DNA of 64,000 bases from Lama glama (GCA_028534125.1 CM052816.1:78804001-78868000), one strand, 5' to 3'. Shown: positions 37,185 through 49,385, counted from the first letter of the stretch. Notes: generated by a model from the sequence alone, not told the origin. A program made the numbers and translations.

Positions 37185-37420
37185 GATCTAGGTTCTTTGA
37201 TGTTTTGGTTAAAAGCAGCAGAAACCGACTCTTGCTAAAAAGAGCGAAAGTTTGTTTTCCGGAGGAATTTTGGGAGCTTATAGAACTGTCAGGAAGGCTG
37301 GAGAAATTAGCTGCCTCCTCATGTGGCTGGCCTGAGAGCTGGCATGGCTCAGCCTCACTACTTAAAACTGCATCACTGTGAGGACTGGAGGTGGCCTTAG
37401 ATGTCAATTAGGGGGACCTT
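37185..37420 (-). mobile_element. Old MaLR LTR fragment (MLT1M/N/O-like)
   Basis: ttttggttaaaagcagcagaaaccgactcttgcta...gggagcttatagaactgtcaggaaggctggaga. Confidence 0.55.
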
Positions 37421-37631
37421 GTGAATTCACAGAGGAGGAAGCTGAAACAAACAGGGGGCAATAGCTTAACCCACATCACCTGGCCAGGCATAGGCGAGTG
37501 AGGTAACTGTGATTTCCACAACACAACCTACTCTTTTTTAACTCTGATCTTCTCTTGGAGTGGGTAGGAGGTATTCCTTTAAAGCTAGCAGCATCCCCAT
37601 TACTCATGAAGAGGAGGAGCCTGCATCCTGA

Positions 37632-37650
37632 GTGGTTGCTTAGCAACCAC
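37632..37650. promoter_or_regulatory. RFX X-box palindrome
   Basis: GTGGTTGCT-T-AGCAACCAC, perfect 9-bp arms; core GTTGCT-N-AGCAAC fits GTNRCY(N0-3)RGYAAC. Confidence 0.6.
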
Positions 37651-37993
37651 GAACTTTACACCGGACCTATTTACTTCCACCTCTGCCTAACTCAGTGGGA
37701 GATCTTATAATTACAAAATAACTAAATATATGTTTTAATTTATCTCCCACTTAGTTCCAAAAAAGAAATGCTTTTGAAATGATTTTGGCTTAACACAACG
37801 CTATGAAAGCAATTCAGTCGATCTTTTGAAAGTTTATATTTTCTTATGGTTATGATCCATTTGAGATTAGAGATTCAACAGTCCTGGTTTCTCGCCCTTT
37901 CTTCCCTCCCACTACTAGTAATCATGGAGAAAAACTGCTTGTCTTCAAGATACCTTGCTTATAAGACATATTCTGCTACTCACTCTTCTCACC

Positions 37994-38182
37994 TAGAATT
38001 GCCTGATAAAATACAGGACTCCCAGCTGAATTTGGATTTCAGATAAATGATGCATAATGTTTCAGTATAACTGTATCTCAGATACTGCACGAGACATATA
38101 CTGAAAAAGCATTTGTTGTTCGTCTGAAATTAAAATTTAACTGGAGAGTCTATATTTTCATTTGCTAAATCTGGCAAGCTTA
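37994..38182. mobile_element. MER53 palindromic hAT MITE
   Basis: ttgcctgataaaatacaggactcccagctgaatttggatttcagataaa...ctgaaattaaaatttaactgg...tttgctaaatctggcaa. Confidence 0.88.
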
Positions 38183-39559
38183 ACTCCACCCTCAGTAAAA
38201 TTGTTTCTTTTTTCTTTTGTCTCACTTCTCTGTTACCAAAGACAAAGCTCTCAGCACTGTGCCTAGCACGAAGCTGGCACCAGTAAGTGGTCATCACCTT
38301 TGCTGTTAGTGTTTGCTGCAGGACGTTCGCTGTAGTACTTGTAACACTCTTGTGTGGTTCATCTTTGCCACCTTCGCCGGTTTGCAGATCTGATGTCAGG
38401 AGGAATCATGTCCTTATATCGTAGCAACCGGACGTAGCTGGTGCTTAGTAAATGTTGAATGAAAAAAGAAAAAAGACACACACTCAAACCATAGGTAGCT
38501 AGTATAGAAAGTTATCTAAGGAGAACGCTGGAGCTACTTATCAAATTAATCCTTTTTTTTTTTTGTCCTTTCTGGCATTTAACAGCCTTGGGCTTAAAAT
38601 CCCAAGTCTACCACTTAATATCTATGTATCTTGGACAAGTTCTTTGTCATCTTCAAGATTCAACTTCCTTGTCTGTGAGATGGGATGACGTGTTTTTCTT
38701 ACACCAGTGCCCATGGCTGTTTTGGAGTGACTCTCACATCAGCATCACCTCGCCTGCCTTTAGCCCATTTACCACTTTTATACAGTGTGAGGCGGGAGCC
38801 GAACGATCCTGAGTGAGTGAAACAGAACTCCTGATTTTCCCTTTACCCATTTAGAAGGAAATCTTTGTGGGTTACGTTCTTTTTTTTTTTCCTCCTTTTT
38901 TTCTCCTCTTTCTCCTCCTTCCATTCACATTTGCATTTCTTGTTAATTTTTTCCTTTTCTGAACAGTGACAAGCTTCAATTTCTAGTCTCCTTTTTGGCA
39001 CCAAGCAGTGTTTATTTCGTATTTCTCCTGCCTTTGTGAGAAAAAAAAGGCCAGAGGGCTGAAGTTTGTCTGTTTCCCTCATCTGGGGGGCCCTCTCTCT
39101 GCATGTGAGTTTGTCATCGTGGTACTTGTCCTGCCTTCCAGAGCATTTTGAACAAGATGTAAACTTTTCTAAGTGACTCAGAAGGATCATTAGGGACTGT
39201 AGCCTTGAAGAGACCCAGGACTCTGAGATTTTGACTAAAAATGAATTTATAACAGGGGGAGAAAGAAAATTTCCTTGGTTAATGAAGTGATTTACTCTAC
39301 TTTAATCAAAGACTTTAACTCCTTTTGCTAAAGGAAGAATGTTTCCACAGAGAGAAAGTGGTTGGCAGGTGATGCAGTACCTTAGCTCAAAGAGACAGAC
39401 TCTGTCAGGACACCACCAGCATCATCCAATAGTCACCCCCAATTGTAAAGAAATGACTGTGTTCTGGGTGCTATATTTAGCCTTGAATCTCCCACCAACA
39501 CAGAAAGGTAAAGAGGGGAGTTGGTAAGATCTGTGGGCTCTCAAGAAACTCTTTTGGTC

Positions 39560-39765
39560 CAAATTCCTGCTTTGCTTCTTACCATCTGAAAGATCTTAGG
39601 AAAGATGCTTAACTGACTCTGTAAGATTAGAATAATATTAGTACCTACCACGTAGGGGTTTTGTGAGAATTAGATGAGACAGCGCAGATAAGCAAGCAAG
39701 CATGGAGCAGAAGCATTTATTAAATATTAACTCTCATGATTCTCACTTTATAGAGAAAGAAAATT
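39560..39765. mobile_element. MIR fragments
   Basis: ataatattagtacctaccacgtaggggttttgtgagaattagatgaga. Confidence 0.75.
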
Positions 39766-40077
39766 AGAATCTAAAAAAAATATACGAATTCTATTTAAAA
39801 ACCAAAACCAGACTCATGGACATAGAAAATAAGCTATGGTTACCCAAGGGGAAAGGGCAGGGAGGGATAAATTAAGGGTTGGGGGTTAACAGACACACAT
39901 TACTATACATAAAATAGATAAACAACAAGGACCTACTGTATAGCACAGGGACTATATTCAATTTCTTGTAATAACATATATTGGAAAAGAATAAAATATA
40001 TGTATGTATATGTATAACTGAATCACTTTGTTGTACACCTGAAACTAACATTGTAAATCAACTACACTTCAATAAAA
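39766..40077 (+). mobile_element. L1 3'UTR fragment
   Basis: agactcatggacatagaaaataagctatggttacc...acttcaataaaa. Confidence 0.93.
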
Positions 40078-40244
40078 TTTTTAAGAAAACATTAAGTAAC
40101 TAGTGGAGCCAAGATTGGACCTCAAATTCCACTTTTTTCATTTCACCAGAGGAACACTGCTAAAGAAGAGGAGGGAAAGTGAAATGTGAGGTCATATCAA
40201 TGGGTTCCCCCACATCATATCCTGAGTTAGAAGTCTCATTAGTT

Positions 40245-40650
40245 GATTAGTTAAGATGTAGGTTTTGCTGCTAAAAACCAACATATCAATGGCCTAAACA
40301 GGACAAGTTTATATTTTTATCAAAAAACAGAGCAAACATAATCAGTATAAGGTGATACGGTGGATCTACTGTGTCAGCGACCCAGACTTTCCCGTTGCTC
40401 TGCCGTCCTCAACATGTGGTTGTTTGTCCCGCCTCCCAATACCAGGTGGAAACCAGCCAGTGAGGAGACTAGAGAGCATGAGCCTGCCTTTCAAAGAGGG
40501 TCATGACCTGGATGTGGTCCATATCACATCCATGCACATCCCATTGGCCTCACTCAACTGCAAGAGAGGATGGCAAAAATAGTCCCAGCAGTCATTTACT
40601 CAGCCGTTAAGTAAAATTAAAAAGGAAGAGTGGTTATTGGGAGATTAGGC
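40245..40650 (-). mobile_element. MaLR LTR (MLT1I/J/K-like)
   Basis: ttagttaagatgtaggttttgctgct...cacatcccattggcc...aactgcaagagaggatgg. Confidence 0.7.
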
Positions 40651-40691
40651 AAAATCATTTTTTTATTGGGAGATTAGGCAAAATCATTTTT
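40634..40691. repeat. Perfect 29-bp tandem duplication
   Basis: ttattgggagattaggcaaaatcattttt twice (40634-40662, 40663-40691). Confidence 0.95.
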
Positions 40692-42259
40692 TTCAATCAG
40701 TTTATTATTTTATTAGCTGCTTCTAAGCTAAATTGATAATCCATTTCTACTCCCATTCTAGATATGCTTCAGTCCCGATAAGTTACCGCTGGGGTACATA
40801 GTTCTGTTTATCTCACTATTAAATAACCTAGACTGCAAAAATCCTTGGACCCCCCCCCCCCTTTTATCAGTATTTCACAGCCTTCTATTTCCTGTCTCAC
40901 TGCCTAGCAGACTAGTGGTTAAAGCCTTCCCCTCCGTCATGACTGCCTGGCTCTTCCCCTCTGTTGCACACTTACATGCTTGAGTCTTGCATGTTTTCTT
41001 CTAGATAGAATTATATGTGATGTGAAAGGGAACTAGTTTGAGTGAAGGTTAACTTATCACAACTATGGTGGTAAGTCCATGTAGTCTATTCCATAGTGCT
41101 GCATATTTGCTTCCTGGTTCCCAGTCATGTTGAAATACCTGTGATTGCGCAGTCAGGAGGGGTCCCTGTATTAGAAGAAGAGAGGAAGGGGAAAAAGACC
41201 AGTGATGGGGCAGAATTAAACAATCAGAAAACTGCAACCATCTAGGGAATTTTGCCAAGAAAACAAAAACCAAAACCCAATAAAACTAGTACTTAGGATA
41301 CAAAGATGAAGCAGATAAGAAGTATAACAGAAACAAATACGGGAAAGGTCAACAAGAATCCAGTGAACCCAGGCTGACTTTAGGCAGCTTTCTTAAATTA
41401 AAGAGAAAAAAATTACAGCTCCTAAGTGTGGATGTCTGGAGTGCCCATTGCCACCACATTTTGTTCTGATTTAAACACCATTTAGGGGTGGAGAAGAGTC
41501 TCCAGTTTGTTAAGACGGTGGCTAATTAAAGTTGGGGACACAGGATCTGGAGTTAGTATGCAATTCGTCCTCCTGCAAACTGAAAAGAAGGCCATTAGGA
41601 TGCTGGTCACCCAGGACCCTGGCGAGGAACAAACTGGGAGCTGAATGTTGGTCTTCACGCAGACCATTCTAATAACTAATCCTCTTTGTAATGGTCCATT
41701 TACATGTTAGAAGATCTAAAAGGCAGGAAGCATAGAAATAGGCTTTGAATTTTCTTCCTTAGAGTTTGTTTCCAATTAATCTTTCTGAGACAAGAACTCC
41801 AATCCCACCACAAACTGTTTTGAGCCTTTCAAGAGCAGGTTTTGCTACTCCGGACAAGATGCTAACACACTAAAAAGGAAGAAAACAACTTAGTGTTTGG
41901 TTGGATAGTCCCCACCCTCCCCCAACCCCCAAATATGAAAACAACTGCTCCGTTTCAATAAAAGAGCAGCATAAAAATTTGATTTAAAGTCGACTTCAGG
42001 CAGCTTTCTTAGAATCAGAGGACTGGAGAGCATTGCCCAGATTTTTTAGAGAGGAGGGAACTGAGGCCCAGAGAGGCCAAGCCATTCTCAGAAGGTTTTT
42101 CAGCAATGCCTGGTAGATGGGGAATGAAAACTGTCTCCCCCTCCCTCACCACAGCCTGCTGCCGCTTCTCCATAGAATGTATCTGTAATGAAGAAAATAA
42201 GTTGTCTCCTAACCCTGATTAGTTTTTCTTTTAATTTCTAAAGAAAACCTGCATTTTCA

Positions 42260-42950
42260 GTTTGGTGCAGCCATTATGGGAAACAGTACAGAGAATTCTT
42301 AAAAAACGAAAAATAGACTTCCTGTATGATCCAGCAATCCCACTCTTGGGCATATATCCAGAGGAGACTCTAATTTGAAAAGATATATGTACCCTAGTGT
42401 TCATGAAGCAGCCTACACGTCCATTGACAGATGAAGGGATAAAGAAGATGTGGTACACACACACACACACACAGGAACACTACTTAGCCATAAAAAAGAA
42501 TAAAATCATACCATTTGGAGCAACATGGGTGGACCTGAAGATTGGCGTAAGTGAAGTGAAAGAAAAATACCATATGATATCACCTATACATGGAATCTAA
42601 AAAAAAAAAAAAAAAGGTACGAATGGACTTATTTGCAAAACAGAAACAAACTCACAGACATAGAAAACAAAATTGTGCTTACCAGGGGAGATGGAGGTGG
42701 AGGAGTAAACTGGGAATTCAGGATTTATAGATATTAACTAATAAAATGAATATAAATAAAATAAATAAATATAAACTAGATAAACAGTAAGGTCCTACTG
42801 TATAGCACTGGGAACTATGTTCAATACATTGTAACAGCTTCTAATGAAAAAGAATATGATAAGGATATATATATATATATATCTGAATCACTATGCTGTA
42901 CACCAGAAACTAACACAACATTGAAAATCAGCTATACTTCAGTTAAAAAA
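42260..42950 (+). mobile_element. 5'-truncated L1 (ORF2 C-terminus and 3'UTR)
   Basis: tggtgcagccattatgggaaacagt...tatgatccagcaatcccactcttgggcatatatcc; diverged TSD aaagaaa..cattttc on both sides. Confidence 0.95.
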
Positions 42951-44540
42951 ATTTTTTTAAAGAAATACATTTTCTTTACGGAGAGTGGAAAACTTTTGTA
43001 TTCAAAGGAAAACTATGCAACCCAGAGACGTGTCCCTTGACCCTAAGTGGATGTGGCTGATGTGATCCCTAAGGCAATAAGAGGCTGTTTCTTGCCTCAA
43101 AGAGTCTTTCCTACCTCTCTTGCCTCTAGCCTGAAAACTTTCCTATTATCGTTCCCTGAGGCAGAGATATTTAACAGACAGTGGTTTTTCCATCACACCG
43201 TGGTTAAAAAGCAAACATTACCTGAGACGAAAACCCCCTGCAGTGATCAGCTATTGATATTCACCAGCGTGGCTTCAACCACCTTGGGGTTCATGGACAT
43301 ATTTTAGAATCTGATGAGATCTATCATTCTTTTCCACTAAAAACGTAAATTGTAATCTTCGCTGCCCTCTGAAGCCCATCTTTGGAACCAAGAGGAGTCC
43401 ATCTTTAAGTAAATTAGCTTGTCCCATTAGCTGGTTGATCTTAACTAGCAGATTTGGAACTAAGTTTCCATGGGAGAGTAAAACAGTCCTGGGCAGGCTT
43501 GAGGAAAGGGGACAAAGGGGAAAAACAAAAGAGAAGTTTCTCAGGGGTGTTTGGAGAGAAGCCAAAGAAAAACTTCTCAACTTCATCACCTTGTCTAGTG
43601 TTGGCCATAATTATGATTTCTGGGCTTATTTAACTTACTTAGTTGACCTCTGTAGTTATTCAAAAGCCACACATCTTTCTTCCTGGAATTCTTCCCTAAT
43701 ATGCACTGACTCTCAAAAGCAGCCTGTGCTCGTGAATAAGATGCTGAGCTGAGAGCTGAGTCCTTGTTTCCTGGCATCTTGCTGTCTTATGCTGCTCATG
43801 TATCTTTTGGACCCCAAAAGCGGTGAGAAGTTCCCCACAATAAGCCATGGGGAGATGATACATCACCAAAACCTAGACATGATCTTGGCAAGCACCTCAG
43901 GAAGTGATGTATCGATAAACATCAAAAGAAGTCTTGAATTCCAAGAAAGAAAGTGAACTGGAGTAACTCCAGTGAGTCAGTTTCTTTGTTTTTTTGGGTT
44001 TTGGTTTTTTTTTTAAAGATAGAAGGTGATTTGTAATGCTCCACAGGACATGGTTGAGAAATGTGTCTGGGCTCCTATGAACAGCGGGAGGCCACAGAAA
44101 AGGACCTGAACTCCCAGGGCACATTGGTGCCCTGGAGTTCCTAGCAGTCCCAAAGAAGTGAGTCTGGGATGGAACTTGGCAGCCATTTCAAAAACTGTAA
44201 AATGTTGTAGCAAATCCTGGGGTGTTTATCGGGACTTCACTGCCTATACTTTGTTTAATGGTCATGTTTTCACAGACTGGGAATTCTTACAGCAAGAAAG
44301 GGAGAATGTGGGAATCCCAGCTGAAAGTAACTGGTATATAGGGCTGGCTAATGGGAAGCCAGGCGGTTGGCTACCTCTTGTCAGAACTGTCCAGGAGGAT
44401 TTATGCAAATGTTCTATGATCAGTACTGCCCAGTGGGTAGCCAACAGACTCATGTGGCTGTTAGCACTTGAAAGGTATCTAGTGCAACTGAGGAGCTGAC
44501 TTTTAAGTTATGTTTAATTTTAATGAATTTAATTTAAATA

Positions 44541-44660
44541 AGGGGGAGGATATAGCTCAGTGGTAGAGTATATGCCTAGCATGCACAAGGTCCTAGGTTC
44601 AATCCTCAGTAGTTCTATTAAAAATAAAGAAATAAAAACTTAATTAACCCTCAATCAAAT
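44541..44660 (+). mobile_element. tRNA-Ala-derived SINE (vic-1-like), long form
   Basis: gggggaggatatagctcagtggtagag...ggttcaatcctcag, A-rich linker, cttaattaaccctc. Confidence 0.9.
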
Positions 44661-44683
44661 AACTTAAATAACTACAGCTAGCT

Positions 44684-45274
44684 TTAAACATTTTTAAAAT
44701 TTATTTTTATTGAAGCACAATTGATTTACAATGTGCTAGTTTCAGGTGTACAGCAGAGTAATTCAGTTATACATATACATGTATATACATATACATACAT
44801 ATTATTCTTTTTCAGATTCTTTCCCATTATAGGTTGTTACAAGATACTGAATATAGTTCCCTGTTCTATACAGTAGGTCCTTGTTGTTTATCTATTTTAT
44901 ATATATTAGTGTGTATATATTAATCCTAAACTCCTAATTTATCTCTCCCCCATCCCTTTCCCCTTTGGTAACCATAGTTTGTTTTCTATGTCTGTGAGTC
45001 TATTTCTAATTTGAAAATAAGTTCATTTGTATCATTTTTTCTTAGATTTCACATATAAGTGATATCATATGATATTTATCTTTCTCTGTCTGGCTTATAT
45101 CGCTTAATATGATACTCTCTAGGTCCATCCATGTTGCTGCAAGTGACATTATTTCATTCTTTTTTATGGCTGAGTAATATTCCATCATGTATCTATACCA
45201 CATCGTCTTTCTCCATTCATGTATTGATGGACGTTTAAGTTGCTTTCATGACTTGGTTATTGTAAATAGTGCTG
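44684..45274 (-). mobile_element. L1 3' end
   Basis: Reverse complement of the same L1 3'UTR family; aggtccatccatgttgctgcaa. Confidence 0.95.
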
Positions 45275-45939
45275 ATTGAAAAAAAAAAACAGCTGCACCT
45301 AGTTAGTGACTACCATATTGGACAGCACAAATCTGGACCTAGGGCAAGAACAAGTCAACATTGGCCCACACCACTGAACAGATTCTACTAGAGTTAAAAA
45401 TCTGCTTTTATCCATTTCTCCATCCATTCATTCGTCAGGTGTTTCAGACCTACAGAAGATCTAGTCCTGTAGCCACTGGGGCTTCTGCAATGGAGTCAGG
45501 CATTTCCAGCTTACCTGCTATACCCCTCTACAGACTGAAGAGAGAGTAGTGCCTTTTTTGTCCAAATCTTGATCAGGATGCTGGTGACCTCAGGTCAGGG
45601 TACTTCTTCATTCTTCCTCCATCTCACCCTCCCAGGAACATGTCAGCCTTGGTTCACCTCTCTTACATGTGAAGCAGACAGTCTTTCTTTTTACCACTTG
45701 GCATTAAATTATTGACATTTCTTTCTACTTCTGTCTGTAAAATGGGCATTTTGGGTGTTCTCCAGGAGGACAAGGAGGCTAGATTGAAACCTACAAACCA
45801 TTATAAGGTTTATGGTGAGAAGAACAAAATATTTAAGTTCAAAATGATGTTAGAGTTGATGACGTTCAACTTTCTCATTGCTCTGAAGAGGAAAACCATG
45901 AATCCAATGATATGAGTGAAAAAAGATACCATTCAGGCA

Positions 45940-46320
45940 TCCACTTATTTGACAATATTTATGTGCCAGGTAGAGAAGTAGCTGCTGGGGTACAGAAGTG
46001 GGAGAAAAAAAAAAGAGTCACAGAACCCATTCCTCACAGAACCCATTTCCTGGTGAGGATGATTGGCAGCAAGCCAGCAATCTAATCTAATAAGATGTGT
46101 GAGTTGAGACGTGGATAAAGTTAGGAGCTGAGTTGTGGGACTGTCTGGGGGGAAATGGAAGGGCAGGGAAAGGCAGGGAAGGCCTGAAGCTGGAGTGTGT
46201 TTGGCTTGTCTGAGGGGCAGCAAGGAGGCAAGAGGTGAGTTGTGGGGAGGAAGGAGTCAGAGCAGAGCAGGGCCCAGAGCAGGGAGGGTCTTTTAGGTCA
46301 TGGCGTGGGCTTGGGTGCAT
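45940..46320 (-). mobile_element. L2 fragment
   Basis: atatttatgtgccagg...aaggcctgaagctggagtgtgtttggcttgtctgaggggcagcaaggaggc. Confidence 0.75.
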
Positions 46321-49189
46321 TCCTGGGCTTACTCTAAGTGCGTGGTGGGGCCGCCCCTCATGTCAGCTCCAGCTCACTCATCAGGTCAGGAGCTGCCACT
46401 TTAAGGACCTACAGGCAGGTAACGAGGGTCATTTCCCTGTTGGTAAGGGCCGTCATTCAAGCTCCAGGTCACCATGGCCATGCAGGGAGGCAAGCCAGTG
46501 CTTTCAGAGGTCACTCTTGATAACTGAAAATGCACACATAGAAGTGTTCATGTGAAAGCTTTTAATGTTTAAATACAGCAAAAAATTCAAATTATGTGTA
46601 CATACCAATACAGTACAGGCCAAAGGATATCTATCTACAGATAATAGCCACCAGTCTGCGCCTTCTGTATTACATAATCATTTTCAGGGAGTTTGGATTT
46701 TCAATTAAAGTACATGAGAGAAAAAAAAAATCCACACGATACTTAAAAAAACCACCCAGAATGTGGACTAACAGCCAGCCTCACTTCAACTACATGAGCC
46801 TAACCAGCGAGGACAAGATCTATGTCTCAAGGTGATCCTTCCTGTTGGGCTGGAGATAGTTGGGACAGACCATTGCTTTCTCTATAACACTGAAACCAAA
46901 CTGGATAAACTTAAAACAAAAACCACGTTAGAAAAAGACATTGAAGAGATAAGGACACAAATACATTCAAAGGAATCACATTGCAGAGGGAGTGAATCCT
47001 TTCTAGGGGAGAAGAGATGGGGGCCTCAAGGGACATTTGGAAGTGGGAGTGTGGCAGGAGGAACAGAGGCCGTGTGCAGAGGGGCTCCAGGGCATGGAAA
47101 AGCTAGACCTTCTAACAGATACACGGGCTGTCAGGACAGACTGCAATTTGCAGGAGCCCCAACTTCAGGACAAATTCTCCCCGTCTGTCAGTTCTGCTGT
47201 GTGGGATCTTTCTAAACGTGCATTAGGGCTGGGCTGGAAAGAAAGGCAGAGGAGGAATTCTATAACCTCTGGTACATGGATCCCGAAGTTCTGTGAACAA
47301 AGAATTCCATAATGCCTAAAAGCCCACCTCACTCCAGATGAATTTCCACAAGTTGCAGTCATTGTTAAAGAGCTGTGCTCTTTTGGAGAGCATAAAATGG
47401 GTGTGTCTTACATTTTAGAGTCAATGAAGTATGGTAGTGGTCATGACTTTTTTCTCATATAAGAAAGAAACCGGGAGTTAAGAGGGAGAAATCGGAAAAT
47501 CCAACAAAAGGTTTTCCCTTATTTCCTGAGAGAAGGTTTTGGGAAAATGCTTTAGCAGATTTTGTGGCACAAGTAAAATGGCATATAAAATAGCCACTAA
47601 AATTCTCTCTGGAGCATTTTTATGGTCTAATTATACATGATAGAATGTTCAATGAACATATAACACAAAACAGGAATATTCCTTGAGTAAACCTATGTAA
47701 AAAATACATACACATGAAAGGTAATTTGGAAAAATATGTCAAACATAACTAGAGGTCAGATTATGGTCTCAGTATTTTATCATACCTGTATATATGTTAT
47801 ACTTCAATAAAAAGATTCTTAAAAATTTTTTTAAAGTTTTTAAAAAGTTTAAAATTAAAATTTTCTTTTAAAAATTTAAAATTCAGAGTGCCTACAATCA
47901 GGCATTGAAGGGTGAAGAGGGTTTGCTGGGAGGGGAGTGTTCCCTGGACAGTGGTACCCAGAGGCAGTTGTAAGGCACGGCGCTGTCCTGTGAGTCCACC
48001 GGATTGGCTGAGAGCAGCCCCATCAGCATTTTGGAGGTGCTCATCTGGACCAAAGGTAGGAGACCACATAATTTTGTCAGTTGTCACCTGTGGACATCTG
48101 CCAAGCCCTATGATGTGACTTACTGAGAACTTATTTTGTGTCAGGCACTTTCTAGGCACTACATCACCCCAAAATTTATTAGTGGTCCTCTTCTTCTGGA
48201 ATCACAATAACACCATCTGTTGTAATTACTAGGTATCTTCCTGCTGTGCCATTAGAGTTCCTACCATGTGGGAGGCCAAAAACTACTTATGAATGACTGT
48301 CTAAATAACTTATCTTCATGTCTCAGCCACCTGACCCCCAAGATGCTGTCCCTGCTCACCATTCCCCTCCCACAACAGACACTGGGTCTCTGCCTGGGCT
48401 CAGCCCAGAGAAGATCAAGACTTCTGGACCAGAGCCCTTAGACCATCTCCACTGGGAAAGTCTGTTGTGCTGAGGGTAGAACTTCCCTCCCCCACTCCCT
48501 CTCCTTACCTGTAAATTTAGCACAGAAATTTTTGTTTAGATGTTGACACTACATTGTTTCAAACACAAAAACCCACCAAGTCTCCTATATTTCATGTGAC
48601 CATGATTAGAGCTTTCGTAAATATTTCTGTTTTGTTATTGTTAATATATTTAACAAGGGTTATTTGTTTTTGCAGCATAATCTAACCCATCCTGATTGAC
48701 ATTTTTTCTTTTACTTATTTAATATCAACTAGTAATTATTTTTTTACAAAATATTTTTTAGTAATTTTTTTTAACTGTCAACTGGATTCAAACTATCCCT
48801 TTCCCCTGATCATTATTCACCTCTACTTAGACACAGCTATTGCCACAAGAATCAGCCTCTCCCTCTAACTGGCAAGAGTAATAACATGTGTCTACACATG
48901 TTTCTCATCAAATAATATCACATCACACATTCAGCTCTTCTTAGGATCCCCCATAGCTTTTTAGAACTCAAAGGCAGTTATAGCTTCATATACTTGCTTG
49001 CAATGTATTTTGCAGCTTCCATATAATATACTCTTAAGAGTCATGTGAATTCTATTCCTTAAATTGTCCTCCCTTTCCCTCTAGGTCTTAAGACATTAGG
49101 AGAGCAGTCAATCAGTACTTTCAGATTTACTTGTACAAATAATTTTTAATAATGTAGTATGAGAGGATATAGAAGAGGTTGTGAGTTAC

Positions 49190-49385
49190 TCCATACACAA
49201 TGGAATATTATTCAGCTTAAAAAAAAAGGAAATTTTGCTACTTGTGACGATCTGGATGAACCTAGAGGACATTATGCTAAGTGAAATATGTCAGACACAG
49301 AAAGACAAGTATTGCACGGTTTCATTTTTATGTGAAACTTAAAAGAAGAGGGTAGAAAGGTGATTGCCATGGCCTAGGGAGGAAG
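49190..49385 (+). mobile_element. Older L1 (L1MA/MB) 3' fragment
   Basis: catacacaatggaatattattcagc...tggatgaacctagaggacattatgctaagtgaaat. Confidence 0.88.

Larger units (their letters stand above)
44375..45335. mobile_element. MER3 MITE split by a SINE and an L1 (pieces ~44375-44540 and ~45291-45335)
   Basis: catgtggctgttagcacttgaaa...atttaatttaaata | tagtgactaccatattggacagcaca. Confidence 0.8.

Noticed and set aside
44542..44615. Possible tRNA-Ala gene
   Set aside because: Acceptor and anticodon stems are mismatched, it has a SINE-type tail, and five sibling copies (several with TSDs) occur in the window.
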